Origin: Promethearchaeota archaeon
GTDB taxonomy: Archaea; Asgardarchaeota; Lokiarchaeia; Sigyniarchaeales; SOKP01
Assembly: GCA_013375475.1 (NCBI GenBank)
Contig: JABXKD010000071.1
Location: 1-17,614, forward strand
Length of the DNA: 17,614 nt
Direction: 5' to 3'
Shown: positions 1 to 7,060 of the stretch, one piece after another
Layout of the letters: the number at the start of each line of letters is the position of its first letter
Position numbering within the stretch: the first letter of the stretch is position 1
Translations under genes and position numbers: made by a program
The notes under the pieces: model-generated
Told to the model about the DNA's origin: nothing
The model's input: the letters and a program-made list of their open reading frames with translations, nothing else
Database searches by the model: none

Positions 1-48
1 AAAAATTGTTAAACAAGATATTATTTTAAAAAAATACTTAACTATCAT
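1..48 (-). CDS. Possible 5' end of a gene running off the window (MIVKYFFKIISCLTIF...)
   Basis: Minus-strand ATG at 48..46 preceded by purine-rich AAGGGGCGAATA. The frame stays open for 16 codons to the window edge and would be divergent from 248..1456 across an AT-rich spacer. Too short to be sure. Confidence 0.35.
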   Translation of the reverse strand, partial: MIVKYFFKIISCLTIF

Positions 49-247
49 TATTCGCCCCTTTTAAATTTATATAATTATAATATAAAATATTATAATATAA
101 ATGTTTGTGATTAATATAAATTGCATTGACAATTATAATAAATAATTATGTTTTTCCACAAAACTAAAATTTTATTAATTAGATATTTTACTATAAAATA
201 AAGTTACTTTATAAATTAAGTTAAACTGATATTAAATCCGATGTGCC

Positions 248-1456
248 ATGTCTGAAGAGGAGACAAAGAACATTATCATTAAAGATTTTTTCAAAAGGAC
301 GGTTATTCTTAACGAATTAGACGAAGCGTTAAAATTCAAACCAGATGCTCTAATTGGGATAGATCAAATTTCTTCAGAAAAATTAATTGAAAATAATGTT
401 AAAAACATAGAGGAGTTAGCACATCTCTCTTTAGAAAGCCTTCCCGATATTAAAGAAATACCTAATAATGTGCTTATAAAATGGGTTAAGATCGCTCAAG
501 TATTAGAAAAAGCCATAAAGGAAAAAACAAAAACTCATAAAAAAATATTACTGATTGGCTTGGATAATGGTGGAAAAACCAGTATCTTAGCTGTTCTTCA
601 AGATAAATTCTCAATAATCAAGTCTCTTCTACCAACAAGGGGAGTAAAGCGCGAAAAATTAGATTTTTTTGGTTATCCAATACTTTCTTGGGATTTAGGA
701 GGACAAGTTCAATATAGAGAAAAACTTTATTTCAATAGACCGGAATTATTTTTTACTGAAGCAGATTTAGTTTTATATGTAATTGACACGCAGGATAGTG
801 ATAGATTTGCAGAAGCAGCGAATTACTTCCGTGAAGTTTTAAAAGTTTTAAAAGAATTAAACGAATTTCCTCCAATTTTAGTTGTGTTATCCAAAAGCGA
901 TCAGGATATTCGCACATCTCTTGAGTGGCAGAATAACATATCTGCGATAAAAAATAAGTTTAATCATATAGTAAGGGAACACGAAAAAACTTCAATTAAG
1001 TATTCCGATACAACAATATATCAAAAAGAAACTGTATTGCAGATGTTTAGCGAAGCGTTAAAAATAGTTTCTGATACATCTGAAATTATAGAAAATATTC
1101 TTGAGGATTTTACAACTACGATAGAAGGAAAGGCTTCAAGTTTAATTTCTATGGACGGCTTAATATTTGGAAGTTACACGATTTCGGATATTGACGAGGC
1201 GTTATTAAATAATACTGCTTTGATTATGCAAACACTTTCTAACTTTCATAATTCAATCGGATTAACAAGAGAACCTTCCATGACGCTAGATTTTCCTCTG
1301 AATGGGTTTGCTATTCGAGGAGAAAAGCTATTCGAATATTCCGAACTAAAAATACCTGTTTATCTATGGCTTTTATCAGACAACGTTGACTTAATTTATG
1401 AAAAAATCGACTATTTCAAGCTACAATTATTACCATTGATAAATTTATTCCTTTAA
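248..1456 (+). CDS. Small GTPase (Arf-like G1-G3, Rag/Gtr-like architecture) with N-terminal helix-hairpin-helix-like domain and C-terminal roadblock-like domain
   Basis: G1 GLDNGGKTS, G2 PTRG, G3 WDLGGQ, G4 SKSD, G5-like TTIY. N-terminal LIGIDQISSEKLIENNVKNIEELA resembles the HhH pattern (GIGxxxAEKLxxxGxxxxEDLA). The C-terminus has a helix then ASSLISMDGLIFGS, a typical roadblock strand-DG-strand pattern. Confidence 0.88.
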   Translation: MSEEETKNIIIKDFFKRTVILNELDEALKFKPDALIGIDQISSEKLIENNVKNIEELAHLSLESLPDIKEIPNNVLIKWVKIAQVLEKAIKEKTKTHKKILLIGLDNGGKTSILAVLQDKFSIIKSLLPTRGVKREKLDFFGYPILSWDLGGQVQYREKLYFNRPELFFTEADLVLYVIDTQDSDRFAEAANYFREVLKVLKELNEFPPILVVLSKSDQDIRTSLEWQNNISAIKNKFNHIVREHEKTSIKYSDTTIYQKETVLQMFSEALKIVSDTSEIIENILEDFTTTIEGKASSLISMDGLIFGSYTISDIDEALLNNTALIMQTLSNFHNSIGLTREPSMTLDFPLNGFAIRGEKLFEYSELKIPVYLWLLSDNVDLIYEKIDYFKLQLLPLINLFL

Positions 1457-1504
1457 TCAATTATTGTGTCCTTATTTATAACTTATAATTTATTCGCCCA
1501 AAAA

Positions 1505-1532
1505 TTCTTCTTTTGAAGAACTTTATTTTTTT
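1505..1532. terminator. Weak candidate terminator between convergent genes
   Basis: TTCTTC-TTTT-GAAGAA hairpin (1505..1520) followed by a T-rich tract, between the convergent stops at 1456 and 1600. Confidence 0.3.
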
Positions 1533-1599
1533 ACAAGATTTCCAGGTTCTTAAAAAAAAATTAAGTTTCCAAATATTTTATATAAATTATTTACATTGT

Positions 1600-2250
1600 T
1601 TATGCTTTATCCATCATAAACATATTCCTTGCCCCTATTACATTTACAATTTCCTTTTTAATCTTTAAGATCATTTCCCTACTTAAAGAATCAAATTGAT
1701 CAGAATTTAATATCCTTTTGATAAGATTTTTGACTTTCTTTCGAAGGTCCCGAGGCATATAAACTTTTATTAAATTACTCTCTTCTAATAAAGTTAGCAA
1801 GCATATAATATTAAAGCTAGCCTCTTTACTGTTATTAACCACGTTATGAATCTTTCCTAACAATTGTTCTTTGATTTCTGGTTTTTGTAAATAATAGAGC
1901 TTAGTTTTTAAAAGGGGGCTGAATTCGCTTTTTAAAAGACCTTCTTTTTCCATTAAATCGAAATATAAATAATAATAGGCATATTTTTGAGAAAGTAGAT
2001 CGATCCAATTCATTAAACTTCGTTTTTTACCTGATGTTTTTATAATTTCGAGTATTGAATCTAAAAAATCATCTCCCGTTGCACTTGGATCAATTACTTC
2101 AATGTTACTTTCTGTTAAAGCTATTTTACCTTGAAGAAATAGATCCAATAACAATCCCCCTGCAAAACCTAAACTTTCGTAGCCTTTAGAATAACTACTC
2201 CCCGTCTGTTCATCTAAAACCATTAGTAAATAACTTTTTGAAATGAGAAT
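1600..2250 (-). CDS. GPP34/GOLPH3 (Vps74) family protein
   Basis: YLLMVLDEQTG...GFAGGLLLDLFLQGKI...TGDDFLDSILEII...WI matches the GPP34 pattern (LLLxLDxxxG...LAGAxLxELxLxGRI...TGDxxLD). The ORF track starts at ATG 2223. The frame is open upstream, and an ATT at 2250 lies 8 nt from GAGGAG (2264..2259), so the start is uncertain. Confidence 0.8.
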   Translation of the reverse strand: MLISKSYLLMVLDEQTGSSYSKGYESLGFAGGLLLDLFLQGKIALTESNIEVIDPSATGDDFLDSILEIIKTSGKKRSLMNWIDLLSQKYAYYYLYFDLMEKEGLLKSEFSPLLKTKLYYLQKPEIKEQLLGKIHNVVNNSKEASFNIICLLTLLEESNLIKVYMPRDLRKKVKNLIKRILNSDQFDSLSREMILKIKKEIVNVIGARNMFMMDKA

Positions 2251-2474
2251 GGTAATTTCTCCTCTATTTAATATGCATATAAAATTGTTTTAAAATCTTC
2301 TTTATTAAGAATATAGACTACTTTAGGTATTTAAGTTATTAGAAAAACAAACACATTATTGGTTACATTATCTAAGCATAGACCTCATAAACTTAAGGGA
2401 GTTATAAATTCTATATTATATTCAATAAATAAAGAATAAAATAATTGAAATCGTAAAAAAAATATTGTACTACC

Positions 2475-3020
2475 ATGGTAAAACATAGAAAAACGGGAGC
2501 TTATGAACATTTTTGTGTTCTTATTTTCCCACAAGGAACTTGGAAAGAAGCTGATAGGGATAATGTGAGGAATTTGATAAGAGAAAAACTGAGAAACAAG
2601 AATGATACTTACTATAATATATTCAATAAATTAACTTATCGAGATCAGATGCCCATTTATGCAGATTGCCATATATGCCAACCAATCTATAAAATGTTTG
2701 AGGAATTTAAGGGGAATAATGATGGAATTTTGTATCAAGGCCATCATTATCTTATTCCAGAGGATGATTTTGACGATATGAAATCTCTTATAAATATAAT
2801 TATTTCCCACGATAAAGTGAAGAAAGTTTATTTATTATACCTTGATGGCTTCAGAGAAATTAAAAGAACTATCCTATATGATATGAACTTAGAGGAATTC
2901 AAAGGAAAATTGAACTTTGCGAAATGTAATATTAATGATTTTATCTTGATGATTGATAATAATAAATTTAAGAACAGAACAGTTTATGAAATATCTAAAA
3001 GTAGAGGTGTTTATAATTGA
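2475..3020 (+). CDS. Hypothetical protein (181 aa)
   Basis: Long ORF in AT-rich DNA with ATG start and a CHIC (CxxC) motif. No family recognised. Confidence 0.7.
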   Translation: MVKHRKTGAYEHFCVLIFPQGTWKEADRDNVRNLIREKLRNKNDTYYNIFNKLTYRDQMPIYADCHICQPIYKMFEEFKGNNDGILYQGHHYLIPEDDFDDMKSLINIIISHDKVKKVYLLYLDGFREIKRTILYDMNLEEFKGKLNFAKCNINDFILMIDNNKFKNRTVYEISKSRGVYN

Positions 3021-3208
3021 GTGAAGAGGATGACCAAGAAAATAAAAATCAAACGGCTGAGGATATCGCCAGAATAATGGTAGAAAATATGAAAAAGAAT
3101 ATGGAAGATCCCGATTTCTTTAATAAAAGAGAAAAGATACTAGAAGATGTTACTCATAAGGTTCTCAAAAGACGCGAAGAAAAGCTTAAAAAATTTAAAG
3201 ATGAATGA
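3017..3208 (+). CDS. Small charged helical hypothetical protein (63 aa)
   Basis: TTG start overlaps the upstream TGA (TTGA, 3017..3020). SD-like GAGGTG at 3004..3009. E/K/D-rich composition. Confidence 0.6.
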   Translation: MSEEDDQENKNQTAEDIARIMVENMKKNMEDPDFFNKREKILEDVTHKVLKRREEKLKKFKDE

Positions 3209-3259
3209 TGAATAAGATTTGATAATTTTTTAACAGTTTCACACGGCAAAGCTTACTTG

Positions 3260-3484
3260 TTAGGTTAAATCCACTTTCATTTCAATATCATTTTTAGCTG
3301 AGAGTAAAAATTTGGTGCTTTTTTCCATCATCTCGATTGCTTTATTGATTTTCTCTACGACTGAATTTAAACCATTTTCTTTAGCAATATTTCTCCATTT
3401 TATATAGTTTTCTTTATGAGAGTTGTTATGTTCCGCCCAATGCTCACATAATTTAGAAAGTTTTAAAATCTGTTTTTCTACCAT
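3260..3484 (-). CDS. Small helical-hairpin protein with HWxEHNxxH motif, putative metal-binding
   Basis: KLSKLCEHWAEHNNSHKENYIKW...A...G...V...I..A...M matches a small uncharacterised family I recognise from anaerobic prokaryotes. Confidence 0.75.
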   Translation of the reverse strand: MVEKQILKLSKLCEHWAEHNNSHKENYIKWRNIAKENGLNSVVEKINKAIEMMEKSTKFLLSAKNDIEMKVDLT

Positions 3485-3611
3485 CTTAATTAATATTCAC
3501 GTTTGTTTAGTATAAGAATATAATCTAATAATTAGATTTTTTTATATATTCTTAAAAGTAAGTCTAAAATCGATTGAAATCAGAAAAAATTGATGTAATA
3601 AAACCGATTCA

Positions 3612-4226
3612 TTACAAAGAGGCTAAAAAATCTGACACTGCTATATCAGACATTTCTTCATCAAGTAAATTGTCATCAAATTCGCCTACGAGAAGACTAA
3701 ACTTATACGAGCACTTATCTCCTCCTGTTAGAATGCATTCTACTTCTTCGCCGTCTACATCAATACCTATGACATCAAAAACACTGTTGAAAATACCGAG
3801 ATATAGCAAACACAAGTTTTTAGCCATAATATTTCCTTTTTCTTGGATTGCTAATGAATCATACACGTTTATAATAACATGATCTTTCTTGAACATTCCA
3901 GTGAGTCCGCCATACCCCATTAGCATCAAAACCTCAAGTGTACCAAATATTACCTCCTTTTTAACAGCCATTTTTTCGCTACTCCAGTCTTTATTGTAAA
4001 AAAACTTTTCCATGAATATTTTTCCAAGAGATTTTCCAACCCATATGAGGATATCTTCAGCATTTGTTCCAGCGAATTCGCAAAATTCCATGATCTCATT
4101 AGGGCGAAGCATTACAAGTCTCATTTCTTTTTCTTTTTCGCCTAAAAATAGTTGTCCTTCCTTTTCTTCAACATTTATTTGTAGGTCTTTTTTTAATCGT
4201 TTGATCATGATTTTAATCTTATCCAA
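3612..4226 (-). CDS. Stand-alone V4R (4-vinyl reductase) domain protein, Bet3/TRAPP-related fold
   Basis: RLVML, VGKSLG, MGYG and C-LLYLGIF...EEVEC-ILTGGDK-C-SYKF (V4R C/E/C/C metal site). Acidic C-terminal tail. Start is TTG 4226 or ATG 4208. Confidence 0.85.
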   Translation of the reverse strand: MDKIKIMIKRLKKDLQINVEEKEGQLFLGEKEKEMRLVMLRPNEIMEFCEFAGTNAEDILIWVGKSLGKIFMEKFFYNKDWSSEKMAVKKEVIFGTLEVLMLMGYGGLTGMFKKDHVIINVYDSLAIQEKGNIMAKNLCLLYLGIFNSVFDVIGIDVDGEEVECILTGGDKCSYKFSLLVGEFDDNLLDEEMSDIAVSDFLASL

Positions 4227-4333
4227 TAATGGTAAATCTTAATTAACAATATATTTGAAAGTATTTAATATAATAGAAATTTAAATGGCTAGCTATTTAA
4301 ATTTATTGATAAAAGAAAATCTAATCCAAAACC

Positions 4334-5371
4334 CTACTCTGAGACTTGCGTGAAAATCGTGTTTAATGCTTTTTCAATATTGTGGCTAGTCTTAACAGAA
4401 GTGAATACGAACTTCCAATTACTGTTTTCTAATTTCTCAAATTCAAAAAATTTAATAATTTCTTTCCTCGTTCTTTCAAGAGAATCATTGTTATTATGCT
4501 CGTTATGGTTAATTAAATCGATTTTATTCCCTAAAATTAGAAGTGGAACATTTCTAAATTCATTCTGGTTAAAAATATTCCAAAATTCTCTCTTTGATTC
4601 TTCAAACCGTAATTGGTTAGCAACATCAATCATATACACAATTATATTCGAATCTTGAAGCCCTAATAACCATCTTTCTCTAAATGAACTCTGACCAGGA
4701 CTATCCCAGATTGACAATAAACCATCTTCTCTTTGGATATACTCAATATTAAATCTTTTGTTTGGTGTAAAAAAGTTATCGCTGTATTGACCTGTCTTAA
4801 GTCTTCTGGTTAAAGATGTCTTCCCAACATTGTCAATTCCAAATAAAAATACTTTTGTAAATAAACCTGAGGGTAGTAAAGAAACTTCTTGAGCTTTTTC
4901 AAGAGCTTCGCCTCCGAATCTTTTTATATCGATAAATAGGGTTATTAAGAAGTTCTCGATCTCAATTTCGTCTTTAAAAGAACAACATCTTTCCGTATTA
5001 AGAAGTTCGTGAGATAGGTCCTCGTATATTTCTTTATAATCGAAAGGATTATCTTCTTTTTCAAATATTAATCCAATAAGCATTTCAGAATTAACGCATA
5101 TAGTAAATATGTTCTGATCCCCTATAACCTGCGAAATAGGACTACTAATTGCGTAAGGGTTAGTGTTATTCTTTTTTTTATTTGAATTTTTAAAACTTTT
5201 AGTATTTTCACAACATGGTTCAATAAGAGATGCTTGATCATGGCCGTGAATGATTTTTAATGCGATTTCATGATTTTCTTTATTATCTATATCTTCGGGA
5301 TAACTATAGATATCAAGATTATTTAAATCATGAGAATCTTTACTTTTTAATAAAAATATTTTTAGTAACAC
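4334..5371 (-). CDS. Arf-like small GTPase with ~165-aa N-terminal domain (putative longin-like)
   Basis: G1 GIDNVGKTS, switch I PNKRFNIE, G3 WDSPGQ followed by FRERW, G4 NKID, G5 TSVK. The N-terminal pattern (KIFLL / IYSYP / helix / IFTICV / LIGLIF / helices) fits longin topology; this part is inferred. GTG start. Confidence 0.85.
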   Translation of the reverse strand: MLLKIFLLKSKDSHDLNNLDIYSYPEDIDNKENHEIALKIIHGHDQASLIEPCCENTKSFKNSNKKKNNTNPYAISSPISQVIGDQNIFTICVNSEMLIGLIFEKEDNPFDYKEIYEDLSHELLNTERCCSFKDEIEIENFLITLFIDIKRFGGEALEKAQEVSLLPSGLFTKVFLFGIDNVGKTSLTRRLKTGQYSDNFFTPNKRFNIEYIQREDGLLSIWDSPGQSSFRERWLLGLQDSNIIVYMIDVANQLRFEESKREFWNIFNQNEFRNVPLLILGNKIDLINHNEHNNNDSLERTRKEIIKFFEFEKLENSNWKFVFTSVKTSHNIEKALNTIFTQVSE

Positions 5372-5538
5372 AGAATTTTCCTAATCATTTATTCCCTTAA
5401 GGATGTAAATAAAAATTGCTTAAAAAAAGTTTGGAATTGGACGAAGAACCTCTCTTATAAACTTTATGCTATTTAGAAATTAATAGCCAAACAAAGAAAT
5501 AATACATTTAGCTTAATTTTGAGTTTTGAGGAAAGATT

Positions 5539-6924
5539 TTACGAATCTGTATCTTCTTCACTATTCAATTCTTCTTCCGAGATCTCATTTTGATCTGCTT
5601 TTGATGGTTCTTTTGGCTCTTCTTCTTGAGAAGGTTTTTCTCCAACCGGAGTATCACACACCGGACATTTCTTCCATCCGGGTCTTAAACTATATCCACA
5701 GCTAGAACACTCCGACATATCTTGATCAGGTTGCCATTCAGGAATATTTAATCCTCCTCTTCTTCGTTTCTCTGCTAATTCTAGTAAATCTTCTTCTTTC
5801 CAAACATCCATGCCTTCAGGAATGCCTGAACCACGCTCTTCAGCGAATTTTACTAAATCTTCCTCACTCCAAGTTGGAAGATCTGGTTGTGCGGCTAGTC
5901 TTTTTTGAGCTTCACTGGCGAGTTCTTCAGCAGTCCAAGATTTCAATTCCTGCCCTCCAGGTGTTCTGATCCCCCCTCCAGGCGGTCCAGCAGTAGGAGC
6001 ACTTTGAGTAGGTTCTTGATGACTTTGTGAAGGTACTTGACAACATGAAGCGGATAATTTTAATAAAGCTTCAAAACAGTTTCCGAATCGAAGATTTTCC
6101 TGATTCTCGTCAGTGATTAAGACAATACTTTTTTTATCGGATGGTAAAGGTATTGCTATACTACAAACCGCAATATCTGACGTGATTCTTCCAGATTCTA
6201 ACGCAGTAATAATTTTTTTCATAGATTTAACTAATTCATCATCTTTCATCAAAAAATCACAGATAGGGTCACCATGTCTTTGAAATTCTTCGTGATATTT
6301 AGCTAATTGATTTTTAGTTATTACAGAATCTAATGAATTTATGAGAGCACTAATATAAGGAAACAAATGAGACTTCGGTTCTTTTTCAGAAGCATCTAAT
6401 TTGTAACCTCCTAGATCTAAATTTCCTGTAAAAGGTGCGAACAAAGGTTCTTGATCTTTAATCTTTCCATATAATGTTGTTCTGTCAATAAAACATTTAA
6501 TTTCACCGTAATATGCAATAGAGTTATCCAAAAGTTCTACTTTATCGTTATATGTTATACGAGGAAAAGTTCGAAAGACTACATCAACCCATGGCATTTC
6601 CTTTACTGGAATTATTGCTACACAAGTTTTAATGATTAACTCCGATAGTTTTTTAAGGTATTCTTTTAATTTCTTCTTGATCTCTTTATATTTGTCTTTT
6701 TCAAGCTCGGTTTCAGCATTTTTCATAAATTCCTTGAATTTTTCCTCATTTTTTTTCACTGAACCTCCGAAGGATTGTACCTCTCCTACAATGTTATCTT
6801 TTAGAATGAATGTAGCATCATTTATTATATCTTTTTGAAGTTCTGTGAGTTCTTCAACCAAATACTCGCTCACTTCAAAATTTAGACTGTCAATAAAGAT
6901 TTCAAACAATTTCGCTTCTGACAA
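5539..6924 (-). CDS. Hypothetical protein with Pro/Gly linker, three WxxE(E/D)LxxxAx(K/E)R repeats, C-terminal zinc ribbon and acidic tail
   Basis: 461-aa ORF with TTG start. CSSC-x10-CPVC zinc ribbon at 5656..5709. Repeats are visible in the translation. Confidence 0.85.
   Translation of the reverse strand: MSEAKLFEIFIDSLNFEVSEYLVEELTELQKDIINDATFILKDNIVGEVQSFGGSVKKNEEKFKEFMKNAETELEKDKYKEIKKKLKEYLKKLSELIIKTCVAIIPVKEMPWVDVVFRTFPRITYNDKVELLDNSIAYYGEIKCFIDRTTLYGKIKDQEPLFAPFTGNLDLGGYKLDASEKEPKSHLFPYISALINSLDSVITKNQLAKYHEEFQRHGDPICDFLMKDDELVKSMKKIITALESGRITSDIAVCSIAIPLPSDKKSIVLITDENQENLRFGNCFEALLKLSASCCQVPSQSHQEPTQSAPTAGPPGGGIRTPGGQELKSWTAEELASEAQKRLAAQPDLPTWSEEDLVKFAEERGSGIPEGMDVWKEEDLLELAEKRRRGGLNIPEWQPDQDMSECSSCGYSLRPGWKKCPVCDTPVGEKPSQEEEPKEPSKADQNEISEEELNSEEDTDS
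5734..5937 (-). repeat. Protein-level tandem repeat, period 22-23 aa
   Basis: SWTAEELASEAQKR / TWSEEDLVKFAEER / VWKEEDLLELAEKR plus a fourth Trp (IPEW). Trp codons at 5937, 5871, 5802 and 5736 (spacing 66, 69, 66 nt). Confidence 0.85.
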
Positions 6925-7060
6925 TTTCTTAACCTTATTCTATCGATTTACTTCTTTTTATAAATATAGCAACGAATTGAATATAAAAATTTATTTAAAA
7001 CATAGTCATTTCACTAGCAGTTATTACTTATCATAAACTTTAGTAAATTGTGAAGATCAA

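Noticed and set aside
61-240. AT-only quasi-repeats (TTATAATATAAA twice) upstream of the GTPase
   Set aside because: Low-complexity promoter DNA that cannot be distinguished from background.
48-1499. 10-bp direct repeat TTATTCGCCC at 48..57 and 1490..1499 flanking the first GTPase gene
   Set aside because: Short, with no mobility gene or terminal repeats. The first copy overlaps the probable ribosome-binding region of a divergent gene, so chance is likely.
3574-4658. Plus-strand ORFs 3574..3882, 4012..4242 and 4350..4658
   Set aside because: Antisense shadows of the V4R and GTPase genes, with Ser/Phe-rich composition.
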